Shown: one piece after another, positions 1 to 10,782 of the stretch
Layout: the number at the start of each line of letters is the position of its first letter
Position numbering within the stretch: the first letter of the stretch is position 1
Source of the DNA: Candidatus Krumholzibacteriia bacterium
GTDB taxonomy: Bacteria > Krumholzibacteriota > Krumholzibacteriia > Krumholzibacteriales > Krumholzibacteriaceae
Assembly: GCA_963836185.1 (NCBI GenBank)
Contig: CAWIIQ010000002.1
Location: 256,001 to 320,000, forward strand
Reading direction: 5' to 3'
Length of the DNA stretch: 64,000 nucleotides
The notes under the pieces: model-generated
Told to the model about the DNA's origin: nothing
The model's input: the letters and a program-made list of their open reading frames with translations, nothing else
Databases searched by the model: none
Translations under genes and position numbers: made by a program

Positions 1-880
1 CGGATCTTCCGAGTCCCCGCCTGACCGCTTCCTCGATATGGGGGAATGCCGCGGGATCGTTGCTGAATATCGCGTCCCCGAAGAGCGATATCCCGAAGGC
101 GTCGATCCTGACCGGGTCGGCGCTCGCCGCGACGGTGTTCAACTCTACTACATCCTTAAGAGTGCTGCCCTGCGGCCCGTTCGCCTTGAGCAGCCTCACC
201 GAGTCGAGGATGTTCAGTGTCGGCTTGAAGTAGGCGGCGAGGTCGACGACGCACTCTGGGAGGTTCTGGTGGAGAAGGTCGCGTCTTCCACCGATAAGCC
301 CCATGAGGTTCTTCATCGAGAGTGTGACGTCGGAAAGGCCGTGGTGCTTGGCGATCGGGACGTTTATGATCTTGTCCGCTTCTATCGCCTCACGGTAGAC
401 CTCCCAGTCGCTCATCACCGTGCCGCCCAGGTTCGTCGATACGAATCTTCGCTGCTCCATAAAGGGGACATCCGCACCGGCAGCTTCGGCCGCCTGCTTG
501 ATGCCGCTCCTCTTGTATGTCCGTCTCGCGTCGTTGCACGTGTTATCGGCGACGATGATCTTCTTCGCGCCCGCCTCGGAGATCATCTTGACTACCGTCT
601 CGACGACGATGGGATTGGTCGTGGCTGCCTGCTCGGGCTTCTTGTCCCACGATATATTCGGTTTGACGAAGACGACGTCCCCTTCCTCGACGAACGAACC
701 CATCCCGCCCACGAGCTCAACGGCTTTACGCACGATGGCGGCGGTGTCTGTTCCCCTGGCCACACCGAACGTTGCCTGCGCTCCCTGGGGAGGCGTCATG
801 GCGCCTAGACGTTTTACCGGAAGCATCGCTCCCGCGGCCCCTGCCGCGAGGATCCTGAGGAACTCTCTTCTACTGGTCAT
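1..880 (-). CDS. DUF362 domain protein with Tat signal peptide (3' end runs off the window)
   Basis: Not in the ORF track because it has no stop in the window. Manual translation from ATG at 880: MTSRREFLRILAAGAAG (twin-arginine motif), VFVKPNISWDKKPEQAATTNP, IINVPIAKHHGLSDVTLSMKNLMG; these are DUF362-type motifs. Confidence 0.8.
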   Translation of the reverse strand, partial: MTSRREFLRILAAGAAGAMLPVKRLGAMTPPQGAQATFGVARGTDTAAIVRKAVELVGGMGSFVEEGDVVFVKPNISWDKKPEQAATTNPIVVETVVKMISEAGAKKIIVADNTCNDARRTYKRSGIKQAAEAAGADVPFMEQRRFVSTNLGGTVMSDWEVYREAIEADKIINVPIAKHHGLSDVTLSMKNLMGLIGGRRDLLHQNLPECVVDLAAYFKPTLNILDSVRLLKANGPQGSTLKDVVELNTVAASADPVRIDAFGISLFGDAIFSNDPAAFPHIEEAVRRGLGRS

Positions 881-1102
881 GATTATCTTCCCTTCGGACG
901 GAAAATGCCGGTAAGGCGGCAATATGTTAGTTCGACGACAATACACTGTGTTGGCGTCAAAATGCCGGTTCGGAGAATACGATATGTGAAAATAATATTA
1001 AATACGGGCATTACAGTAAAGATTATTTGGAGTAAAAGACATATCGGGGGTATATTCGGCATGGTCGCGGCGGTAGGAGACGGCCGTGAATAATACTCAG
1101 GA

Positions 1103-2298
1103 GTGATATTGATGACGGACCAGGACGTATTTCAGCCGAAAGCATTCTACAGGAAGCTCGACGCGCTTCTGACTCGCATCGGCGAAGGGGCGTCGATGAA
1201 GACGATGCTTTCTCTCGTCCTCGATGAGCTCGTCGAATCGGTAGGAGAGGACCTCGGCATAAAGAGCGGCTGCGTCTACCGGCTCTCGGGAAAAGTCTAC
1301 AGCAGGACGGACCAGCTCGGCGGCCCGGGGGCGGAGAACTGGCCTGCGGCCATACCGAATGACGATGAGGCGATAGAACTTCTGTTGCGCCACAAGAGCT
1401 ATATCTTCGTCGATACGGTCAAACCGTCTATGGGGTAACAACAGCGTGGCTGTTCTGCTGGGCGAGGACGACAAATATCTCCTTGTCTTCATGCTTGATG
1501 AGAGGTGGATCCGCGAGACACTCGAGTTTTCACTCAACACGATCCGCTCGACACTTAACTTCAGCTCCTCGAAGAGCCGCTTCTCCGCCGACCTGCAGGA
1601 AGCGTACGAGATCCAGAAGAGCCTTTTGCCTCGTATTGAGCCGGAGTTCGAGGGATATGAGATAGCCGGCAGGATGGAAGCGGCCGAGAGGGTCGGCGGC
1701 GACCTTTACGATTTCTCCGTCCTTGCCGAAGGGGTGCTGAGTGTCGCAGTCGGTGACGCGAGCGGTCACGGCCTGCCGGCGGCGCTGCTGGCCAGGGATG
1801 TGGTCACGGGGCTGCGCATGGGTATGGAGAAGGAGATGAAGATCTCGAGCGTGCTCCGCAAAGCTCAACTCCGTTATTAACCGCAGCCAGCTCTCAACAA
1901 GGTTCATCTCGCTCTTTTACGGCGAACTCGAACCCGAAGGCACCCTCGTCTACGTCAACGCCGGTCATCCGCCCCCGCTCCTCTTCAAGTCGGATCGGAT
2001 TGAGAAGCTCGACGTCGGCGGTACTATCCTCGGTCCCCTCGAGGACACCGATTTCAACCGCGGATTCGCCTTCATGGACCCGGGGGATCTGCTTATCCTC
2101 TATACAGACGGGATCCTCGAGGCGACCAATGCCGAAGGGGATATGTACGATGAGGAGCGTCTTGTCGAATTCGTCAGAGCGAACATCTCTTCGCCCGCTT
2201 ACGAGATCATCCGCGGCCTGTTCTCCGAGATCAGGGATTTCGCCGGGAGCGTCAGGCTGCAGGACGATACGACCGCTGTCGTCATCAGGCGGCAGTAA
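1103..2298 (+). CDS. SpoIIE/RsbU-like PP2C serine phosphatase with N-terminal sensory region (2 apparent frameshifts, near 1428 and 1860)
   Basis: Three consecutive frames give VGGDLYDF, VAVGDASGHGLPAAL, YVNAGHPPP, LILYTDGILEA and LQDDTT, the PP2C motifs in order. Confidence 0.85.
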
Positions 2299-2414
2299 GT
2301 CCCGCCGCCCGCCGGCCAAGCGCCCGCTTGACTGCCGCCGGAAAACATCTAGACTGCTTTTCACGTTTGACAACAGACCCCGCAGATAAAATACGGAATG
2401 CCCGGAGGGAAATA

Positions 2415-4881
2415 ATGGCTTATGCACCGAAGCGTAATGAAATACCGGTTGGAAAGCTCAGATGGAAATGTCCCGGCAAATACCTTGATTTCAAGACGAC
2501 AAACGATATCAAGCCATGTACCGATATAATCGGGCAGGACCGTGCCCTGCACGCGATCAAGATGGGGCTCGAACTCGAGCACCGCGGGTACAACATCTTC
2601 ATAACTGGCCTGGTCGGAACGGGGCGCACATCGACTATCAAGCATCTCCTCGAGAAGCTCGAGCGCAAGGCCCCGATCCCTTCCGACATATGCTACATGT
2701 ACAACTTCCGTCATCCGAGCAATCCGGTCTATATCGAGCTCGATGCGGGGCAGGGGAATCAGCTCGCCGGTGACATGGACGGTCTCATCCACGACCTCAA
2801 GAAGAACATCCCGTCGCTGTTCAAGAGCGAATACTACCAGAACCGCCGAAAGAGGCTGATCGATTCGATGCAGGCGAAGCAGAAGAAGGTCGCCTCGGCC
2901 TTCGAGGACAAGATAGGCAAAGAAGGCTTCGCGATGGTAAGCATGCAGGTCGGTCCTGTCATGAAGCCGCAGCTCGTGCCCGTTGTAGAAGGGAGCCCTG
3001 TCGATCACGCGACCCTCACACAGATGGTCGATGAGGGGAAGGTCTCAAAGGAAGAGTTCGCGCGGATGAAGGAATCGGCCGAGATCCTCTCCGAGGAGAT
3101 GACGCAGATCTACGACAAGATGAAGGAACTCGAGCGCAACTTGAAGAAGAAGCTCGAGAAACTCGATATAGATGTCGTTCAGCCGACGATCCACGAGATG
3201 ATCGTCGATATCAGACAAGAAGTATAAATGTGAGCCATTGAGCAGGACGCTGAAGTTGATCGAGAAGGAGATCATGGAACGGCTCGACCTCTTCCGCGCG
3301 AAGGACGAGGAGGAGCGCAAGGAGATCATGGCGGCTTTTGTCGCCGAGGACGGTCACATGGAGGACCCTTTCCGCGAATTCAGAGTCAATGTCGTTGTAG
3401 ACAATTCCGAAACGACCGCGCCGCCTGTTATCACCGAGAACTTCCCCACCCTGAGCAATATCTTCGGAGTCATCGAGAGGGATTTCACTCCCTCGGGATG
3501 GTCCATGCCTGACCATATGAGCATTCGAGCAGGAGCTTTCCATAAGGCGAACGGCGGTTATCTCGTGATGAACGCGCTCGATGTCTTTATAGAGCCGGGC
3601 GTCTGGCAGATACTCAAGAGGACGCTGAAGAGCTGTGAAGCGGTCATCCAGAACTACGACCAGTGGAGCATGATGAGCTCCTCGGCGCTCAAGCCGGAGC
3701 CGATGTGCGTGAAGGTCAAGATCGTCCTGATCGGCGATTCGCGCCTCTACTATCTGCTCCAGTCATACGATGAGGATTTCAGGAAGATATTCAAGATAAG
3801 GGCCGATTTCGACCGCGAGATCGACAACAGGGCCGCCGTCATCAAGCAGTACGCCGGATTCATCAGGGGGCTCTCCGACAGGGAGAACCTGAAGGCGTTC
3901 GATTCAGACGGGGTCGCCGCGGTTGTAGAGTACGGGGTCCGTGTCGCAGGCAGGCAGACGAAACTCTCGACGAGGTTCAGCCTTATCTCCGATATGGTCC
4001 GGGAGGCTCATTATCACGCTGAGAAGGCGGGCAAGCGGATCGCTTCGCGTGAGCATGTCGATCTGGCGATACAGCACAGGATCAAGCGGGTCAACATGCT
4101 GGAGGACAAGATCCAGGAAAGGATCGATGACGGGACATTGATGATAGACACTTCCGGCTCCGTCGTCGGACAGGTCAACGCCCTGTCGGTATACAATCTC
4201 GGCGATTACATGTTCGGCAAACCATCAAGGATCACCGTGGTCACATCGCTCGGCAACTCGGGCCTCATCAATATCGAGAGGGAGGCGGACCTGAGCGGCA
4301 GCACGCACAACAAGGGCGTGCTTATCCTCGCCGGCTTCCTCAGAAGCAGGTTCGGGCAGGAGAACCCGATCGTGATGAGTGCGAGTCTCTGCTTTGAGCA
4401 GTCTTACGGAGGCGTCGATGGCGACAGCGCCAGCTCAACCGAGCTCTATGCCATACTGTCGAGCCTCTCGGGCCTGCCGATAAGGCAGGATACCGCAGTC
4501 ACCGGCTCGATCAACCAGAAGGGTGAGATCCAGCCGATAGGCGGGGCCAACGAGAAGATCGAGGGTTTCTACAACGTCTGCAAGGCGAGGGGGCTCTCGG
4601 GCACCGAGGGTGTCATCATACCGTGGCAGAACGTTCCCGACCTGATGCTCGACCAGGAAGTGGTCGACGCTGTCGCGGAGGGCAGGTTCCATCTGTATTC
4701 CATCAGGCATGTCGACGAGGGGATCGAGATCCTCACAGGTGTAAAGGCGGGGAAGAAGCTCAAGAGCGGCAAGTACCAGAAGGATACAGTTAATGAGCTG
4801 GTCAGGCAGGCCCTGTACGATATGGCCGTTAGCTGGAAGCAGTTCGGGGCTAGAAATGACAAGGAGAAGGGGAAGTCCTGA
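2415..4881 (+). CDS. Lon-like ATP-dependent protease (AAA_32 plus Lon_C type), one frameshift near 3227
   Basis: IIGQDRAL, GLVGTGRTS, HKANGGYL, catalytic dyad context EQSYGGVDGDSAS and GGANEKIEG. RBS GGAGG precedes ATG 2415. Confidence 0.88.
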
Positions 4882-4988
4882 AGGCGGGAAGATCCTGACC
4901 ACGGGAAAGCCCCGCTCGGGGCCGGTGACACTGAAAATGGAATGAATCGCCAACCCGGGCGTATAATACGAAAAACCAGGAGGACCTT

Positions 4989-6313
4989 ATGCAGAGATAT
5001 ATATGGAAGACATCGATCGCGGTGACTGCTGCCGCGGCGCTGCTTTTAGCGGGCTGCGGCAAAAAGAAGGAACAGGAACCCGACCTGGGCCTTCCCGAGA
5101 TAACGACAAACGTTAACCTTGTCGTAAACCCTGGATTCGAGGAATGGGACGGGTTCAAGCCTGCGGGATGGGTGGTCAGGACCTTCTCCGGCAAAGGAAA
5201 CAAGATGTCCTTTCTCGGGAGGAGTAACAAGACTCAAAATGGTAATCACTCGTTCTATCTTCGCGGTCTGTATCGACACGCAGCAATGGCTGGTCGCCAC
5301 GCCAGCGATTCCCAGTCCGGCCGGGTTACAGGATAATCTTCTCGGCGGATATCATGACGGAGGACATAAAACGGAGTCCTGGGCCAGGCGGATAACGCCG
5401 GGGTCTATGTCACCTTCTACGACAGTAACGGGGACAGGGTCAACGACAGGAACTGGGCCGATGACTGGACACGCAAGAGGATGGGGACGAGCGGCTGGAA
5501 CGCACTGAAAAAAAGTCGGAAGTGCCCGATGAAGCGAGATCCGTCGAGATAGGCCTTATTAACCAGATGACGGGGTATATCTATTTTGACGAAGTAAGCC
5601 TCGTTATTAGAGAAGGGGATAGACTGGCAGTCGAAAGACGAGAAGTTCATCACATACAACTGGCTGGAGGAACGGCCATTTCCTCCCGAGGATATGGAGA
5701 GGGTGTCCGAGCTGATAGAGGGCATCGCCAGGGATGCCGGGATCAAAAAGATAGAGGGCAGGATCAATTATTACCTCTATCCCGACGAGGAGACTTTCAT
5801 GCGGATCCTCGACAGGCCGAAGTACAAGACCGCGGCCCGGTGGGACAAGAAAGAGCTCCATGACATCCTGTCGTTCAATGACCACGAGATCATCCACCTG
5901 ATCCTCTATGACCTGGGATTCCCTCCGGTCGGCGTGTCGAAGGGACTGGTATTCTATTACAGGGCGAGATACAACGACTGGGATATGGATATCCGTTCGA
6001 AGCGCTTCCTCATGAGTCAGCAGATCCCCGCTCTGTACAAGACGATCCATCCGGACAAATGGAGGACGGTGGACCACTCTGTAGTCGTTCCCGCCTGGGC
6101 ATCGTTCACTGGATATCTCATCGACAACTACGGATTGGATACATTCAAGCAGCTGTATACCGGAACGAGCGGTGTGAGCGATCCGGAAACGTTCAGCGCG
6201 AAATTCAAGGCCATATATGGAATCGATTTCAGGAGGCGGACAGGTCCTGGCGGCTCTATATACTGCGGTACCAGGGAGACGCGGCAGCCGATACGCTGCC
6301 TGACGGCGAATAG
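4989..6313 (+). CDS. Lipoprotein with carbohydrate-binding-like N-domain and HExxH peptidase-MA-like C-domain (several frameshifts)
   Basis: Lipobox LLAGC; NLVVNPGFEEW...PAGW (CBM4/9-like); YIYFDEVSL; HEIIH. Joined from ORF fragments 4989-5336, 5522-5863, 5694-6368 and 6059-6313. Confidence 0.6.
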
Positions 6314-6364
6314 ATCCGGCAGCAGCTGGCCTGACCCGGATCCCGGCAGAAGTGATAACGGACT

Positions 6365-6871
6365 ATGAAGAACAGGCTTTTCAGATACTGCCCGCATTGC
6401 GGTAACGGTCTGGAGATGGTCGCTGAGAGCGGCAAGGACCGGATGAGATGCGGTGAGTGCGGATTCATCCAGTACCTCAATCCCGCACCGGCAGCCGGTA
6501 TTCTCGTAAAAGATGACGAAGGGCGGATCCTGCTCGTACGGAGGAAGTTCGAGCCTTTTGCGGGGCTGTGGACGATGCCCGCCGGATTTATCGAGTACGG
6601 CGAAGAGGTGGCCGAGACAGCCGTCCGCGAGCTCGAGGAGGAGACGGGCCTGATCATCGAGATAGACAGGATCCATGCCGCAGAATCGTGCAGGGACGAT
6701 CCGAGGGGTGATACCGTGCTTGTACTGTACGAGGGGCATGTGAAGGGTGGGGAGCTCGAGGCTGGTGACGACGCGGAGGAAGCCGGCTTCTTTTCTCTCG
6801 ACGCACTGCCCGAGATAGCGTTCTCCTGCCAGCGAAGGGTGATCGAAAGGTTGATCAGGGACACAGCCTGA
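6365..6871 (+). CDS. NUDIX hydrolase with N-terminal zinc ribbon
   Basis: YCPHCG...CGECG zinc ribbon and Nudix box GFIEYGEEVAETAVRELEEETG. Confidence 0.92.
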   Translation: MKNRLFRYCPHCGNGLEMVAESGKDRMRCGECGFIQYLNPAPAAGILVKDDEGRILLVRRKFEPFAGLWTMPAGFIEYGEEVAETAVRELEEETGLIIEIDRIHAAESCRDDPRGDTVLVLYEGHVKGGELEAGDDAEEAGFFSLDALPEIAFSCQRRVIERLIRDTA

Positions 6872-6937
6872 TTCTGTGGCTGATCCTGCGGCTGATCCTG
6901 CGGGACTCAACCTGCCGGCAAAAGACTCACCCTGCCG

Positions 6938-7057
6938 TCATCTCGCCCGCGCCGCTTTTTCCTTTTCCCTGCGCATCACGAAGAGGATGCAGGAGATGAA
7001 CCCTCCCCAGACGAGGCCGCAGATCAATATCATCATGACTATCGCCGCTGCGCTCAT
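6938..7057 (-). CDS. MetS-like small subunit of NSS transporter (39 aa)
   Basis: MSAAAIVMMILICGLVWGGFISCILFVMRREK: one TM helix with the VWGG motif. Start overlaps the transporter stop codon; RBS AAAGGAGGAG. Confidence 0.75.
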   Translation of the reverse strand: MSAAAIVMMILICGLVWGGFISCILFVMRREKEKAARAR

Positions 7058-8571
7058 CGCTCCTCCTTTCCGCGGTCCCCGAATAAAAGCCCCGTGATCC
7101 GTTTCTGGAATATGATCATCACGAGGATCAGTGCACCCCACTGCACGATACAGGTCCCGAGGCTGAACGGCCTGAACGGATCCCACCAGCGCTGCGGATC
7201 GTAGACGAGTATTGCCTGGGTGAACCACCATATGATAAGGGCTGCGAACTCGATCGGGATCACGTACTTGACCAGAACGTTGAAGATCCTGCCGAGCTTG
7301 AAGTCGTTATCGTCACTGTCGATGAGCTCGGCGCGGAACCGCTCGACCCCGTAGTCGATCACCGATACAGCGAAGAGAAGTCCGCTGAGCAGAAGCCCGA
7401 GGCTCCAGACCCAGTCCTGGTTCTGGAAGAACGACGGGTTGAGAGCGGAGGGCAGACCGAGCACGAAGATCGAGGAGCCGACGATCGCGATCCCTTTCTT
7501 TCTTGTCAGCCCGAAATCCATCACGTTCCGGGTACCCATCTCGATCATCGAGATCAGCGATGAGATCGCTGCTATCGAGAGGGCGAGGAAGAATATGAAG
7601 AGAAAGACCTTTCCGCCGGGTATCGACTCGAAGAGCCTGGGGATCCAGATGAAGGTCATCCCCGTGCTCAGCGGCCCGTGTCCCGGGCCACCTCGACCGC
7701 CTGGGCGGCGGGAAGGATGGCGAAGACGGTCGGGATCACGGCGAGCGCCGCGAGTAGCGAGGCGGAGTTGTTGCCGAGCCCGGCGAGGACGGAGTTGGCG
7801 ACGATGTCGTCATCCTTGCGCATGTATACGGCGTAGGTCAGGATCAGTCCCCAGCCGGCGCCGGTGGACCAGGCGCTCTGCGTCAGCCCCTGCAGCCAGA
7901 TCCTGGTAGTCGAGAAGGGCGCTCCATTTCATGCCGAAGAGGTATTCGAGCCCCGCGGAAGCTCCGGGAAGGGAGACCGCTCTTACGACGGCGATCATCA
8001 GCAGGAGGAAAAGCGCCGGGCAGCAGGATGCGGTTTGCCCGCTCGATACCGTTGACCACACCGCGGTAGATGATGTACGAGCCGGCCAGAACGCCGAACA
8101 GGTGGAAGAGCACCGGCTGCCACCCGAGGCATTGAACGATGTCCAGAAAGAGATGTGTTCGCTCTGCCAGAGGCCGCCGCCCGGCAGGGCGGCGCCTGAG
8201 CCGTTCCAGTCCGCGATGATGTCGATCAGCGCCGCGAAGGTGTAGCGGAAGCACCAGCCCGTCACTACGCAGTAGTAGAATGTGATCGCCAGTGTGCAGA
8301 AGCCTACGAATCCGCCCATCCACGTGTGCCTGCGGTTCATCGATCCGAAGGCGCCGATCGTTCCCATCCTCGTCTTTTTCCCGATGCCGAACTCGATCAT
8401 CAGCAGGGGAATCGACCAGAGGAAGAGGAAGATGATCCACGGGACGAGAAAGGGCGCGCCGCCGTTCTGCGCGATGACCCGGGGAAATCTCCAGATATTC
8501 CCCGTGCCGACCGCCATCCCGAGCGCGGCGAGCAGGAGAGACCATCTCGATGTGAATGTCTCTTTTACCAT
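7054..8571 (-). CDS. Sodium-dependent amino acid transporter, NSS/SNF family (frameshifted)
   Basis: ETFTSRWSLLLAALGMAVGTGNIWRFP signature, TFIWIPRLF, AAISSLISMIE; split over several frames. Confidence 0.9.
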
Positions 8572-8581
8572 GTGGTATCCG

Positions 8582-10649
8582 CTACTCGTATCGAATCTCC
8601 ATGCCGAAGGTATCCCCGACCTCGATCCGGTCAACGATCTCCATCCCGCTGACTACCTTTCCGATTATCGTGTACCTGCCGTCGAGGTGAGGCTGCGGCA
8701 GATGCGTTATGAAGAACTGGCTCCCCGGCGTGTCCTTGCCCGAATGCGCCACGCCGACATAGCCTCGCTCGTACCTGTGCGAGTTGAACTGGCTCCTGAG
8801 GAACCATCCGCCGTCGCCCCATCCGTCCCCGCGCGGGCATCCGCCCTGCACGACGAATCCCGGGACGACCCTGTGGAAGTTGAGGCCGTTGTAGAATCCT
8901 TCCTCGATCAGAAGAAGCATGCTCTTGACGATATTCGGCGCGTCGTCGCCGAAAAGCTCGATGTCGACGTTCCCTTTCTTCGTCGTCAGGCGGACCATCT
9001 TTTTTCCCAGCGGGAGCGCGGGATCTCCCCACGGGTATCTCCCACGGTCCCAGGCGGCGGCGTGGGCCGGATCGTACGATACAGTGTAGCCGTATTTCCC
9101 GGCCGCTTCGGCGGCGGCCTCAGCGACCCTCGGATCGCCTTCCTGGACGACAGCTTCCTTCAGCAGGGTAACGATATTGCTAACGGCGGCTGGTTCGAGG
9201 CCACCCTCGCCGGCTATCCCCGCGAAGACGGCGATGATCGCCAGTTTCCTGTCGCAGTCCACTCGCCTGTTCGCGCTTCGGAACACCTCGACGAGCCTGT
9301 TCGTACCGCCGATCGCGCGTTTGCCTGTGAGCGCTTCGACAGCCATCGCTGCGATGACAAAATCTTCGCCTCCCGCCGCATCCAGCAGGGCGTCGAAGGC
9401 CGTCCGGCCGCTGGTGCCGACAGGAATTAAAATGAACTCGTCTTTCTCGACGCGCTTCAAGCCCTGCCGCCGCGCCTTCCCGCTCGAGATGATTCACTGA
9501 CTTGTCGAGCGTCTCTACGAGCAGCACCATGTCTTCCTCCTGCCCGATCGCTCCGATGAACTCGAGGGCGGCCATCCTGTCGTGGGCGTTTCCCTTCTGT
9601 ACCATCTCGATGAGGAACGGCCTGGCCTTCTCCGCGTCGGTCATGGCAGCTGCTTCTATCGCCGAGCGTCTGACCATCTGGGAGGTGTCACGCAGGAATG
9701 GAAGGACAGCTTCGAAAGAATTCCTCCTTCTCGAGGCGGCGATCCCGCGAAGGGCGTAATCCTTCATGTATGCGTCGTCGGAGCCGAGCACCGTTTCGAG
9801 CGCGTCGGCCGCTTGTCTGTGGCGAGTCTCGAGAGGGCCTCGGCAGCCTTGACCCTGAGCATCCTGTTCTTGTGCGTAAGCAGGGGGGCTATCGTCTCGA
9901 CGGCGTTCTTTGCTACCAGCCGTCCGAGCGCTTCGGTCGAGCGCATGGCGACCCAGATGTTCTCGTGCTCACACAAGTCGGACAAGCTTGTAATTGAGAT
10001 TCTTGTAGCCGAGGCGGCCCAGCGCGTAGGCGGTCTGCTCGATCACATCGGCGTCCGGGTCCTGTATAGAGCTGGCGAAGACCGACACGGCGGATGAATC
10101 GCCGAGAACGGCCAGCGATACGAGCGCCTGAGCCCTTATCGTCGAGTGAAAGTTCGTCGAAGATGCGGATATTATCGGCGCTGCGTCCTTGAGCCTCGTG
10201 ATGCCGAGCGCCTCGAGTGCGGCGAGCTTCTGTTCCTTCTTGCCCTGCTTCAGCATTTTCTCGAGAGGTTCGAGAGCGGCTTCGTCCATTGTGAGGCCGA
10301 GCGAATAGATAGCGGAGAGGACCACTTCCCCGTCAGTGTCGGCGGTCAGCCTGGCCAGATAAGGGACCGCTGCCGGACCGCCCACGCGGCCGAGTACCTC
10401 GGCGCACCTTAGCCTGATCAGCGGGTCCGGATCGGCCGTGTACTTTTCGATGCCCGCCAGTTTGCGGGAATCCTCCATCGCTGCGAGGTCCTTGAGCTTC
10501 GCGCGGCCTGTCTGACTCAGTATCAGCCTGTCATACCTGCCGGCCGCATCCGCAGGCGCGACAGGAAGCAGGAGGGCGGACAGGATCATCGAAATACCGA
10601 GTACGAAGACGAGAGAGGAAGAGACGAACGGTCCTGACGGTCTTTGCAT
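8582..10649 (-). CDS. Exported HEAT-repeat protein with C-terminal cyclophilin-type PPIase (3 frameshifts)
   Basis: Signal peptide, HEAT/PBS-like repeats (DPDPLIRLRCAEVLGRVG), then GFYNGLNFHRVVPGFVVQGGCPRGDGWG and GKDTPGSQFFITHLPQPHLDGRYT. Confidence 0.85.
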
Positions 10650-10782
10650 GGCAATACCTCCGGAGACACGTTGATGGAAGTGCCATTATAGGTATTCCTT
10701 CGCGATTCATTCAATTGCAATCTGGCCGCTTTGATTGTATTTTACTTCCTGCACTTCAGCCCGAGCCGAAAGGAAATACCAT

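Noticed and set aside
38-808. 256-aa plus-strand ORF and the many long antisense ORFs elsewhere (e.g. 19355-21190, 49593-51218)
   Set aside because: They are shadows of real genes on the opposite strand in GC-rich DNA, with no recognisable motifs.
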